A stretch of 44,781 nucleotides of DNA from NCBI RefSeq assembly GCF_004010195.1, contig NC_057719.1, positions 33,784,276-33,829,056 on the forward strand, given 5' to 3'. The DNA is from Chiloscyllium plagiosum. Taxonomy: Eukaryota. Positions 1-11,935 of the stretch are shown piece by piece (within the stretch, counting starts at the first letter, position 1; the number at the start of each line of letters is the position of its first letter). A model generated the notes under the pieces. That model ran no database searches, was not told the origin of the DNA, and saw nothing but the letters and a program-made list of their open reading frames with translations. A program made the position numbers and the translations under genes.

Positions 1-262
1 GCCATGGTGGTCAGGCTTGTGGATCTTGGGAAGGAGGTAGAACTGGGCAGTGCGGGGTTCCCGGACTATGAGGTTGGAAGCTGTGGGTGGGAGATCTCCT
101 GAGGTGATGAGGTTGTGTATGGTCTGGGAGATGATGGTTTGGTGATGGGGGGTGGGGTCATGGTCAAGGGGGCGGTAGGAAGAGGTGTCCTCGAGTTGGC
201 GTTTGGCTTCAGCGATGTAGAGGTCAGTGCGCCAGACTACCACTGCGCCCCCTTTGTCCGCA
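1..262 (-). mobile_element. Penelope-like element, N-terminal RT fragment (runs off the window start)
   Basis: Minus strand reads ADKGGAVVVWRTDLYIAEAKRQLEDTSSY...PRTAQFYLLPKIHKPDHHG without stops. The DKG and YLLPKIHK motifs are typical of PLE RT. Confidence 0.9.
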
Positions 263-497
263 GTCAGTTCTAGGATACATAATTTCCAAATTAACTCTAA
301 CCTCTCCCCGTCCTTTCCAGAAAGTTGACCATACTGGAGTAGAGTTACTGACTGCAAGACTATCAACTGTTGGGATTGGCGAGTGTCCTTCTCCTTTTCC
401 TCCGCCCCAAACTGATCTGCAAAGCCACAAATTCAATGAACTAGGTCAAAATAATTTTCTTCTCAACAATTATCATCATATTTGCAACGCTTCCCTT

Positions 498-1128
498 TGT
501 TAGGGACTGGGCCAGACAACTCAAACCATTGTTAAGCAGGCAGCCCTAGACCTAACTTCGCAGTTTGTTTTGATAAGTGTGCAGTGAAAATTACCCAGAG
601 TAAGATAGCTAGGTTGCCTACTAGATTTTAAAATGACAACAAAAATGTATTCACAAAATTACACAATGAAACACAAAGAACAAAATGAAGAACTCCTGCA
701 GAACTTAGCCTATCCAACTAGACTTAATTATGCTGTTCCAAATATACACAATAGTTCCAATCAGCAAACTCCTTTTAAAGCCCAGTGTAAATGGAACACA
801 TGCTTACAGGTTGAAGTTGAAGGACAGAAAAGAGAGAGAGTTTCCACACAGCTCCCTGTTGACTTCCCACTTCAAGACTGAACTAATGTTGCTCAGCTCA
901 GCTAAAGAGCTGACCACTCCACTTTCACTATACAGGTCACTTCTAAAACATGACCACTTTGGCCTGAGGTCTCATCTGTTTACATAGAAACAAAAGGCCT
1001 CGCAAAATCCTTTTCATCTCTGTACCAAATCAGACTGATCGGATCCCGGCCCAGTTTATTGCCACTCTGAAAAAAATCAAGGACAGAGTCTCCCTGAGCC
1101 AAGGAAAAAAGGGACTAGCTTTGTGACA
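498..1128. mobile_element. Probable solo LTR (~630 bp)
   Basis: Bounded by TGTTA...TGTGACA (TG...CA), with LTR-like size and no meaningful ORF. No clean TSD seen. Confidence 0.4.
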
Positions 1129-2384
1129 CTGGAAAATTAGGCTGTGTAGCATTTTTTTAAAATGAACTATAATTCCTCTGTTGTTTACAAAGTTGCTTTA
1201 ACCCCAACTCAAATTTGCATCTACAGGGGTATAAATAAATTTAAGTGAAATTTGCTTGATCACAAGCCTTGTTACATTGTCAAATAATTTATATTGGATG
1301 ATTTTTGGAATGATTTATTTTGTATCATGCTGGTATAAAGGTATAAAGTCCTTACATTACTTGCTGTTAGCTTTTTTCTTATCTCTGACCTGAACTGTGA
1401 ACGGAGCTCATAAGAAGATTAAGCTTATCAATGTAGAACTCTACTTGTAGATTTTGTTCATGTTCAATCTCATGCTTTTGAACTGAAGGTGAAAAACCTT
1501 TCAAATAAGTACTTAAGAGGCAACCTCTCATAGCATCTATAAATCTGGATTACAGGGATGTTGGTTAAAATTATTGACTTAGTGATTATCAATTTCCTCA
1601 GCATCATTAATGTATAACAAGCCAAGTAAAAATGAAAACTAGCTGTTTCATAGTATAGGGCAGCAATAAATAAAATAAGCCACTTCTAATATTCATGTGT
1701 TAAGCAACAGAAAAATCACCAAGGTATAATGTCTCTCTCTGGTCACTGGGTCAACATATCATGACCTCTAACCATTACTCAAACTTCAAGGAAATCCTGT
1801 CATTAAAAATGTATTCAAATAAAAGCATTATTTCTGAGAATCCATGAAGCAATCATCACAAGATTTAAACACAATATTTTGCTGTCTTCTTTTAGGAAAA
1901 AGGTGAGTTTCATTAATGCAGATTGGGCTAGATTAATAGATATCCTTCAATGAAAGTTTTATCTTCAAAATAATATTTCAACTGGAAGTGGCGACTACAT
2001 GTTTCATTTAAATAGGAATCTCTTGGTTCATAAAATTGAACCACTTTGCTCCTTATAGTAATTAACATTCTGTACATTCAAGGTGAAAGAGACAAATCCA
2101 AACTAAACAAAGGCTCCTCTTATTCTAATGTAAAGCTTTGTCAAAAAAAAATTCATCTTATAATTTTAGCTCTTTTTTCAGTCAGTTTCACTTGAGCTTT
2201 TGGGACAGAACACAGGTTAAGTGAGGCACTGCCTGAGTGAGTGTGCTTTTTGGAATTTGGAACTGTGTGAAAATTGAACTGGCTTTTTTTCCCTCTCCTT
2301 TTTGAAGGTTAAAGTTCAGTAGTCTAGTTAAATATTTAATAACTGACTATCAGTATTAGTCAAAAAGGATAACTAGGGAAAGAA

Positions 2385-3325
2385 TAGGACCTATTAAGAA
2401 CCACAGTGGTAATTTGTGCATGGAACCAGAATTCATAGGTAGAGTTCTAAATGAACAGCTTGTGTCAGTATTTACGAGTGAGAGAGATGATGTGGACAAA
2501 AATATCAAGGAGGAGGGCTATAATGTACTTAAAGTAGTTAGTTTAGACACAGAGGAGGTTCCGTGTGGACTGGCAGGCTTAAAGATAGATAAATCTGCAA
2601 ATCTGGATGAAATATTGTGCAAGCTGTTGAGTGAGACAAGGGAGGAAATAGCAGAGCATTAGCAATAATTTTCAATTCCGCTTTGGCCACAGGAGCAGTG
2701 CCAGTGGACTAGAAGATAGCCAATTTGGTACCACCATTCAAGAAGGGAGTAAGGGATAAATCAGGATACTACAGGCCAGTCAGTCAGGCTAACCTCAGCG
2801 GAGGGGAAACTATTGAAAGTAATTCTGAGGGACAGATTTAATCTGCATTAATTAATCAGAATCAGCAAGGCTTTTGACAAGGTCCTACATGGGAGACTAA
2901 TAGTGAAGGCAAGAGACCACGGGATCCAAGGTAAAAACAATGACTGCAGATGCTGGAAACCATATTCTGGATTAGTGGTGCTGGAAGAGCACAGCAATTC
3001 AGGCAGCATCCAAGGAGCTTTGAAATCGACGTTTTGGGCAAAAGCCCTTCATCCTGATGCTGCCTGAACTGCTGTGCTCTTCCAGCACCACTAATCCAGA
3101 ACCACGGGATCCAAGGAAACTAGGCAAATTGGTGACAGAATTGGCTGAGTGGCAGGAAGCAGAAGGTGATCTTCGAGGGGTGTTTTTGTGACAAGAAACC
3201 TGTATCCAGTGGGGTCTGCAATGATTAGTATTGGGATCTTTGCTGTTTGTGGTATATAAATGACTTAGACTTGAATGTAGGTAAGTTGATTATTAAGTCT
3301 GGGAATGATACAAAAGTTAGTTGTG
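2385..3325 (+). mobile_element. Old CR1/HER1-like LINE ORF2 fragment (pre-RT and RT part); continues at ~4150-4300 and ~7045-7306
   Basis: ORF 2414-2662 contains VLNEQLVSVFT...LKIDKS. Downstream degenerate KAFDKVLHGRL and YRPVS motifs with many stops and frameshifts. Confidence 0.85.
2932..3100. mobile_element. Inverted PLE pLTR (hairpin) insertion with 16-bp TSD
   Basis: The arm tctggattagtggtgctggaagagcacagcaattcaggcagcatc has its near reverse complement at ~3055-3100. ACCACGGGATCCAAGG occurs at 2916-2931 and 3101-3116. Confidence 0.85.
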
Positions 3326-3479
3326 AATAAATGAATGATTGACTTGAATGAATTATTTTATTGCCAGATGTATTCTACATTAAGAATCCAACAAAATACA
3401 GTGAAAAGCTTTCATTTGTGGCCATGATTTGGTGCCATTTTGAACAGCTTAAGAATAAGGAAAAGAAAAAACAAAGACG

Positions 3480-4140
3480 TAGCTTAAAGAGAATCCATCA
3501 GTCCAGTGCCAGCTCATCATCACCAACAACGCCTGCATCACCAACCCTCGTCCACTGCTTTGCCATCGTCTACACTGGACCTAACCAACATTGAAGTCAC
3601 CGATCCTCATGCGCCATTTTTCGCTGTTGGGCTGATACTCCTCAACTACCGCCTGCACAGGACCAACCAGCATCAGAGTCTCATCTCTCGCCCACCTCAT
3701 CGATGTTGCTGCGATGGCCTTCTGCTTCTGCTTCACCACTACCAGTGCCAGACCCAACCAATGACAAAGTCACCAATCCTCAGGTACCATCTTTCACTGC
3801 TGGGGTTACCGCGCCAACATCACCTCCGCCAAGGTGGCAATGGCCAATTCCAATGCTCACCCCAGAAAAGTAAGGGCTCTCTTGAGAGCCACGTGCTAGC
3901 TCCATTCGAGGTCTGCAAGCTGGGTCCACTCAAGTTCCAAGCAGTGGACCCATTCAAGGTCCGTGTGCTGGGCCGACTCAAGGTCTGTCCACTCAAGATC
4001 CACGCTGGGCACTTGCAGTTATTGATGCCCACCAAGCTCAGGGTCAAGAGGTTAATAAAGATATTGACAGAATAAAAAAAACAAAAATGGCCAGAGCAGA
4101 TGAGCTCCAACTGGGGAGCCCTACTCCAATGCCATCTTTC
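3480..4140 (-). mobile_element. GC-richer insertion resembling the 5' UTR of a non-LTR retrotransposon; family unassigned
   Basis: Minus strand begins gaaagatggc, similar to the AAGATGGCG starts of fish LINEs. Degenerate repeats of (g)ctgggtccactcaaggtc at ~3895-4010. It interrupts the old CR1. Confidence 0.35.
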
Positions 4141-4307
4141 TAATCTAACTAAATAGTAAGGAGGATAGCCTTAGATTACAGAAGGATAAAGGTTTGAGCT
4201 GATGCACTCGGGCAGGACAAACAAGAGAAGCGAATACTTGATGAACAGTAGGAGCCTGGGAGGCACTGGACATCAGAGGTAGCTTGATATGCATGTTCAC
4301 TGGTCAA

Positions 4308-4492
4308 TTCGTCACCATACTAGGTAACAGCTGCGGGGGTCTCCGGATGAAGCACAGGTGGTATAGCCTGCTTTCTACTTATGTGTTTGGGTTTCCTTGT
4401 GTTGGTGATATCATTACCTGTGGTGATATCATTTCCTGTGGTGATGTCATTTCCTGTTTGTTTGGGGTGGTAAATGGGATCCAAGTCATCAA
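4308..4492 (-). mobile_element. PLE pLTR part (second family), split from 6375-6855 by the CR1 insertion
   Basis: Collinear with the copy at 31140-31595 (gggatccaagtc / gggatctaaatc). Contains HHR stem II GTTACC-TAGTAT-GGTGAC on the minus strand. Confidence 0.7.
4403..4456. repeat. 18-bp tandem repeat x3 inside the pLTR
   Basis: tggtgatatcattacctg / tggtgatatcatttcctg / tggtgatgtcatttcctg. Confidence 0.9.
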
Positions 4493-4494
4493 TT

Positions 4495-6368
4495 CATAGA
4501 GTCATAGAGATGTACAGCATGGAAACAGACCCTTCGTTCCAACCTATCCATGCCGACCAGACATCCAAACCCAATCTAGTCCCACCTGCCAGCATCCAGA
4601 ACATATCCCTCCAAACCCTTCCTATTCATATACCCATCCAAATGCCTCTTAAATGTTGCAATTGTACCAGCCTCCACCACATCCTCTGGCAGCTCATTCC
4701 ATACATGTACCACCCTCTGTGTGAAAAAGTTGCCCCTTAGGTCTCTTTTATATCTTTCCCCTCTCACCCTAAACCTATGCCCTCTAGTTCTGGACTCCCT
4801 GGTCCCAGGGAAAAGGCTTTGTCTATTTATCCTATCCATGCCCCTCATAATTTTGTAAACCTCTACAAGATCACCCCTCAGCCTCCGATGCTCCAGGGAA
4901 CACAGCCCCAGCCTGTTCAATCTATCCCTATAGCTCAAATCCTGCAACCCCGGCAACATCCTTGTAAATCCTTTCTGAACCCTTTCAAGTTTCACAACGT
5001 CTTTTCAATAGGAAGGAGACCAGAAATGCACACAATATTCCAACAGTGGCCTAACCGATGTCCTGTAGAGCCGCAACATGACCTCCTAACGCCTTTACTC
5101 AATACTCTGACCAATAAAGGAAAGCATAACAAACGCCTTCTTCATATCCTATTTACCTGCGACTCCACTTTCAAGGAGGTATGAACCTGCACTCCAAGGT
5201 CTCTTTGTTTAGCAACACTCCCGAGGACCTTACCATTAAGTGTATAAGTCCTGCTAAGATTTGTTTTCCCAAAATGCAGCACCTCGCATTTATCTGAATT
5301 AAACTCCATCTGCCACTTCTTAGCCCATTGACTCATCTGGTCCAGATCCTGTTGTAATCTGAGGTAACCTTCTTCGCTGTCCACTACACCTCCAATTTTG
5401 GTGTCATCTGCAAACTTACTAACTGTACCTCTTATGCTCACATCCAAATCATTTATGTAAATGACAAAAAGTAGAGGGCCCAGCACCGATCCTTGTGGCA
5501 CTCCAATGCTCACATGCCTCCAGTCTGAAAAACAATACATGTACATCCTGTCCCTCAGGATTCCCTCCAACAACTTGCCCACAACTGAGGTCAGGCTCAT
5601 CGGTCTATAGTTCCCTGGCTTGTCTTTACCGCACTTCTTAAACAGTGGCACAAAGTTTACCAACCTCCAGTCTTCTGGCACCTCACCTGTGACTATCGAT
5701 GATACAAGTATCTCAGCAAGAGGCCCAGCAATCACTTCTCTAGCTTCCCACAGAGTTCTAGGGTACATCTGATCAGGTCCTGGGGATTTATCCACCTTTA
5801 ACTGTTTCAAGACATCCAGCACTTCCTCCTCTGTAATCTGGACATTTTGCAAGATGTCCCCATTTACTTCCCTACAGTCTATATCTTCCATATCCTTTCC
5901 ACAGTAAATACTGAAGCAAAATATTCATTTAGTATCTTCCCCATTTTCTGTGGCTCCACACAAAGGCCACCTTGCTGATCTTTGAGGGGCCCTATTCTCT
6001 CCTTAGTTACCCTTTTGTCCTTAATATATTTTTATAAACCCTTTGGATTTTCCTTAATTCTATTTGCCAAAGCTCTCTTATGTCCCCTTTTTGCCCTCCT
6101 GATTTCCCTCTTATGCATACTCCTACTTCCTTTATACTCTTCTAAGGATTCACTCGATCTATCATATCTATACCTTACATATGCTTCCTTCTTTTTCTTA
6201 ACCAAACCCTCAATTTCTTTAGTCATCCAGCATTCCCTATACCTACCAGCCTTCCCTTTCACCCTGACAGGAATATACATTCTCTGGATTCTTGCTATCT
6301 CATTTCTGAAGGTTTCGCATTTTCCAGCCGTCCCTTTATCTGCGAACATCTGCCTCCAATCAGCTTTC
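4495..6368 (-). mobile_element. Relatively young CR1/HER1-like LINE, 5'-truncated, with internal RT deletion
   Basis: ORFs 6032-6349, 5142-5891 ([40 protein letters not shown]) and 4576-4995 (LERVQK...RTRGH...FFTQRVV). 3' tail (ctatgact)n at ~4495-4510. Confidence 0.95.
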
Positions 6369-6374
6369 GAAATT

Positions 6375-6855
6375 TTTGACAGAGTTCCGGTTGGAATGCC
6401 TTGCTTCTAGGAATTCTCTTGCGTGTCCCTATTTGGCTTGTCCTAGGAAGGATGTGTTGCCCCAGTCGAAGTGGTGTCCTTCCTTACCCGTATGTAAGGA
6501 TACTAGTGAGAGTAGGTCATATCTTTTTGTGGTTAGTTGATGTTCATGTATCCTAGTGGTCCGTTTTCTGCCTGTTTGTCTAATGTAGTGTTTGTGACAA
6601 TTCTTGCAAGGTATTTTGTAGATGACATTAGTTTTGCTTGTTGTTTTTCAAGTTCATTAGCTGCTGTTTTAGTGTGTTGGTGATTTTGTGGGCTACCATG
6701 ATGCCAAGGGGTCTGAGTAGTCTGTCATTTCCGAGATGTCTTTGATGTAGGGGAATGTGGCTCAGGTTTTTGGACATGTTTTGACTGCTTGTTTGGGCTT
6801 GTCACTGAGAAATTGGTGGGCTGTGTTTATTAGCTGCTGTTTTAGTGTGTTGGTG
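6375..6855 (-). mobile_element. PLE GIY-YIG endonuclease region, degenerate
   Basis: Minus strand reads TSKTNVIYKIPCKNCHKHYIRQTGRKRTTRIHEHQLT, a GIY-YIG-type motif. Confidence 0.85.
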
Positions 6856-7043
6856 CATTTGTCATCACGAAACGAAACAAATTAGAGGAAAGCTTCAAGA
6901 CCATCAATAATACCCTTACTGGCATTAAATTTACTAAAGAGAAGGAAAACAACAACAAACTGCCATTCCTAGATGTCACAATAGAGCAAACAGCCAATGG
7001 GGAACTTCAAACTAGCATCTACAGGAAAACGACACATACAGAC
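6856..7043 (+). mobile_element. PLE RT C-terminal fragment, inverted relative to the adjacent GIY-YIG part
   Basis: FVITKRNKLEESFKTINNTLTGIKFTKEKENNNKLPFLDVTIEQTANGELQTSIYRKTTHTDQ contains the IKFT, LPFLDV and YRKxTHT motifs. Confidence 0.88.
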
Positions 7044-7044
7044 C

Positions 7045-7306
7045 AAGGGGCAGATGACTTGAAGAGACATGAAGATTTCTTTCTACCCAGAGGAGTGAGA
7101 ATCTGGAACTCTCTGCCTGTAAGGGTGTTAGAGGCAAAAACCCTCATAACATTTAAGAAGTGTTTTGATATGCACTTATGATGCCAAGGCGTACACAGCT
7201 ATACACCAAGTGCTGGCAAATAGTATCAGAATAGTTATGTGATTGTTTTTATCCATCAGACTCAATGACTCAAGGGCCATTTTTCAATGCTGTAGACCTC
7301 TATGAT
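7045..7306 (+). mobile_element. 3' end of old CR1-like LINE
   Basis: Degenerate FFTQRVVRIWNSLP-coding segment and tail gacctctatgatg. Confidence 0.75.
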
Positions 7307-8920
7307 GTTAAAATTTAGGCACGTTAGACTTTTACAGTCCAATAGAACTGCTGAGACCATAATTTGGCTGTTTGATATTAAAAAGGACACATCATTGTAA
7401 GCTGCAGTGTGTTAATGCTGTCAGTAGATGGCAGATGCTTTCTGGATGCATTCCAATCAGCATCACGAAAACAGATTTATTTGTATTGTTGCTTGTAATC
7501 AACGAGCACTTTTGACTTGAAAGAATCAATTGAAATGCTCTAAATGTCAATAAGTGGGAATATTCATTTAAAGGGAACAAGTATCAATTTACTTCTTATA
7601 TATTTCAATGGCAATGCAATAGCAGTAAGGGTTTACAACCTTTCTTGACTGACTACTTCAGGCAATAATGTATGAGTGGATTCACATAAATTAATCAGAA
7701 ACCATATGCAGGATGTCACTAGTATGTAACTGGTAAAGTAATGTAACCTTGATTGAACACAAATTTCGTGTTCAACTATTTTACGTTTGATTAAGTGAAT
7801 CCATTGGCTTCTGATTCTCACTCAGTTAAACTTGGATGTGGACTCAGGGAAAATTTTAAAAAGCTATAGAAAGAGCTGGAAGATGCTAGCAGCATGCAGT
7901 AAACAACTGTAAGTGAAGGCCAACACAAACATTGCAAATAACATCATCTTTTTATGCACCTGAGCTATTACATAGACAATAACTAGGACTTACATAATTG
8001 TATGATACCTCTGCTCTGTACTTCTTATTAAATGTAGCTTAGAGATTTAAGTTGAAACAGCAACAAAGTACATGAATGCCAAAGGTAATTTGATATATAT
8101 TTTATGGTTCTGATTGTCATTGTCCTGAAATGTTGTGGTGGAATTTATGGGTCAATTGGTTAGTGTTGTGTTATAGATTTCTGACCAGGCAGGTAATGTA
8201 CTTTTATGGCAGTTATATGACATCACAGCATGTGCTGTTCTGGCATAAGAATACCCACCTTGGCTCCAATCAGTCTCTGAATACGATGGAGTATGTGTCA
8301 TGTGTTCAATTATATTTACGTCATGAACTATAACATCAGTAAGCACGGCACACAGACTCTGTATAAGTCCGTCATAGAATAACAACGTTAATACATAACA
8401 TTATTAATAAACTTTAAGATGTCTGACTCAACAAGGACCCAATATTTGTAGTATATGTTATATCCGTTAGCAAAGAGGACGGCATTCAGACCAGAGCATA
8501 CTGGCTGCGTGGTAAGACTTAAAAAACCATGTCACGATGCCATATATTGATGGAATTGTGTGGGTACTAAAAGCTAATGGTCACAGTAAAGCAATGCCAG
8601 TTGTTTGGTACTGAAAGGCTAAAGTGGTGATTACAGCAGTGTCAATTTAATAGTCACTGTTCATTATTTACCTAAATCCAGAGGTGAAGTTACATCTACA
8701 ACCAAGACTAAATTTCAATAAATCTGCACTGAATAATAAGAACCATAACCAAAGAAACATTTCTGGTATACATGCTTCTTCAAAAGGGGTGGTCACACCT
8801 GACCCAATTTAAAATCAGGATTTTAAATGGTGTTGAAGGACAACGCCAATCCATCAACTTTGCCCTGGAGCAAAATAAGGCCGAAATAAAACTGTGTTTT
8901 ACATTAGAAAGGCTTGCCTG

Positions 8921-9019
8921 CGAGGAGAAAGTGAGGGCTGCAGATGCTGGAGATCAGAGCTAAAAATGTGTTGCTGGAAAAGCGCAGCAGGTCAGGCAGC
9001 ATCCAAGGAGAAGGAGAAT
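8921..9019 (-). mobile_element. PLE pLTR terminal fragment
   Basis: Same sequence as the arms at 29028 and 17726. Flanked by a degenerate 10-bp repeat gcttgcctgc / gcttacctac. Confidence 0.8.
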
Positions 9020-9769
9020 GCTTACCTACATCTAGATGTCAGTCAACTACGCACCGTTACTCTTGAAATGGTGTGAAAATTAATGGAGAGGTACAAATTA
9101 TATCATGACTTTTTTTAAAATGAAAACACCATCTATCATTACAAGCATAAAATGTAAAGTTTTATGTAAAAATTACTCTACAAGTACATACTACTTTTCA
9201 ATACCTATTTGCACACTGATATAGTAAAAAAAACACAGAGTTGAGAAAAAATGGAAAGCAAATACTTGAGAATGCTGATCAATCTGAGATGGATACAGTT
9301 GAAAAAAGAAATGAGTCAAACATTCAGGGCAGGCAGGGACAAAGCAGAGAACAAGGTAGGACTGATAAATTAAACTGCATTTATTTCAATGCAAGGAACC
9401 TAACAGGGAAGGCAGATGAACTCAGGGCATGGTTAGGAACATGGGACTGGGATATCAGAGCAATTACAGAAACCTGGCTCAAGGAAGGACAGGATTGGCA
9501 GCTTAATGTTCCAGGATACAAATGCTTCAGGGAGGACAGAAAGGGAGGCAAGAGAGGAGGGAGAGTGGCATTTTTGATAAGGGATAGCATTATTGCTGTA
9601 CTGAGGAACCTCGATTATCTGAACAAAATGGGCGGGCATTATTTTGTTTGGATAAGTGATTATTCAGTTAATTGGTTCAATGCTTCTCCTCTATGGCTCG
9701 GAGTTTTCTGTTAAGTCCACTCCCGTTCAGGAGACTGGGCAGCAGCACACCGTGCTCGAGACCCTGCTT

Positions 9770-10730
9770 CTCCACCCACTCCCAAAACCATCCAACACCA
9801 CCCCACGCCCTCTCCCCCGCCACCCCCCCAAGCCCAGTCCAACATTGCCCCATGCCCTCTCTCCTGCCTGCCCCCCCCAAACCCAGGTCCAACATTGCCC
9901 CATGCCCCCTTCCTGCCTGCCCCCCCAAACCCAGTCCAACNNNNNNNNNNNNNNNNNNNNNNNNNNNNNNNNNNNNNNNNNNNNNNNNNNNNNNNNNNNN
10001 NNNNNNNNNNNNNNNNNNNNNNNNNNNNNNNNNNNNNNNNNNNNNNNNNNNNNNNNNNNNNNNNNNNNNNNNNNNNNNNNNNNNNNNNNNNNNNNNNNNN
10101 NNNNNNNNNNNNNNNNNNNNNNNNNNNNNNNNNNNNNNNNNNNNNNNNNNNNNNNNNNNNNNNNNNNNNNNNNNNNNNNNNNNNNNNNNNNNNNNNNNNN
10201 NNNNNNNNNNNNNNNNNNNNNNNNNNNNNNNNNNNNNNNNNNNNNNNNNNNNNNNNNNNNNNNNNNNNNNNNNNNNNNNNNNNNNNNNNNNNNNNNNNNN
10301 NNNNNNNNNNNNNNNNNNNNNNNNNNNNNNNNNNNNNNNNNNNNNNNNNNNNNNNNNNNNNNNNNNNNNNNNNNNNNNNNNNNNNNNNNNNNNNNNNNNN
10401 NNNNNNNNNNNNNNNNNNNNNNNNNNNNNNNNNNNNNNNNNNNNNNNNNNNNNNNNNNNNNNNNNNNNNNNNNNNNNNNNNNNNNNNNNNNNNNNNNNNN
10501 NNNNNNNNNNNNNNNNNNNNNNNNNNNNNNNNNNNNNNNNNNNNNNNNNNNNNNNNNNNNNNNNNNNNNNNNNNNNNNNNNNNNNNCCACCCCTGTGCCC
10601 CAACCCCATCAAACACTGCCCCCAACTCCGTCCAACATTGCTCCCGCCCATCCCCAACCCTGTCCAACACCGCCTACTACCCCAACTCCCAACCCCATGC
10701 AACACCGCCACCACCCCAACCCCCGCCCCA
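9770..10730. repeat. C-rich minisatellite (~50-bp unit) spanning an assembly gap (N 9941-10586)
   Basis: Repeated gtccaacattgccccatgccc...cctgcctgcccccccaaaccca, with degenerate units after the gap. Confidence 0.85.
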
Positions 10731-10853
10731 TGGACCTTCCAGCACCCCCGGTGCGCTCCCCGTCTGCCCCACCGCCTCTCAGGGGCAGCCGAACTAGATA
10801 CCAACAGCAAGACTGCAGCTGCTGCCTTTGGGGTGAATGAGTCTCCAACGTGT

Positions 10854-10880
10854 ACACACACACACACACACACACATACA
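10854..10880. repeat. (CA)n microsatellite
   Basis: acacacacacacacacacacacataca. Confidence 0.95.
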
Positions 10881-11935
10881 ACTTTTTACAACAACTTTTT
10901 GACAGGTTCCATCTTTGCCCTGTACAGGACAATGTTGGAGAGATTATCTGGGGAAAGGGGATTTAGGGTCCACCCCTGTGTCGAACTCCAGGGAAAGTGT
11001 GGGGGGGGAGAGCAAGAGGGCAAGAGGTCAGTCATTTGCAGACGGTGCTTGGGCTCCCATCAATGACCAGGACTATTTCGACAGCATTTCAGTAAGCCGA
11101 GTTCACTTTTAATCACTATAAACAAATGAAGCGATCATGTTGGAAACATGTCTTTGATGTAATGTTTCTATCGGGACCTCGAGATCTCCTTCAAATAATC
11201 TGATATTCGGATAATCGAGGTTCCTCTGTTCTTTTGGGAGGATATTCCTGGGAATACATCGAGGGAAGTTATTTGTGTGGAAATGATAAATAAGAAAGGG
11301 ATGATCACCTTGTTGTGATTGTAATATAGACCCCCTAATAGTCAGAGGGAAATTGAGAAACAAATTTGAAGGAGATCTCAGTTATCTGAAAGAATAATAG
11401 GATGGTTATGGTAGGGGATTTTAACTTTTCAAACATAGACTGGGACTGCCATAATGTTAAGGGTTTAGATGGAAAGGAATTTGTTAATTGTGTACAAAAA
11501 AATTATCTGATTCAGTATGTGAATGTACCTATTAGAGAAGGTGCAAAACTTGACCTACTCTTGGGAAATAAGGCAGGGCAGGTGACTGAAATGTCAGAGG
11601 GGGAGCACTTTGGGGCCAGCGACCCTATTTCTATTAGCTTTAAAATAGAGATGGAAAAGGATAGACCAGATCTAAAAGTTGAAATTCTAAATTGGAGAAA
11701 GGCCAATTTTGACAGTATTAGGCAAGAACTTTCGAAAGCTGATTGGAGACAAATGTATATCTGGTTGGTATGAACGAGTTGGACCAAAGGATCTGTTTCC
11801 ACTCTGTACATCTCTGTGATTCTATGACTGGAAATCCACTGACATTCTGTCAGAATTTTGTCGTTTAAAGAAAGAATCAATCATTCCCCCTTAGATCAAC
11901 AAGTAGCTGCCAAAGAAAGACAGGCAGTAAAACCT

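Larger units (their letters stand above)
9601..11228. mobile_element. Non-autonomous Tigger/pogo-like (Tc1/mariner superfamily) DNA transposon
   Basis: 23-bp TIRs ctgaggaacctcgattatctgaa (9601-9623) and ttcggataatcgaggttcctctg (11206-11228) differ at 2 positions. TA precedes the left end. The CR1 sequence resumes after the right end. Confidence 0.85.
9265..11830 (+). mobile_element. CR1/HER1-like LINE: AP-endonuclease domain joined directly to the 3' tail; interrupted by a DNA transposon at 9601-11228
   Basis: CIYFNARNL...AITETWL...GGRVAFL (9241-9600) and VGDFNF...LDLLL...HFGASD (11402-11750), then an abrupt jump to the 3' UTR and tail at ~11757. Confidence 0.92.

Noticed and set aside
4403..4456. 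CRISPR-like short repeats
   Set aside because: Tandem units without spacers in vertebrate DNA, and no cas genes.
9656..11066. Long ORFs of 287-464 aa
   Set aside because: They read through the N gap and the C-rich minisatellite, so they are artefacts.
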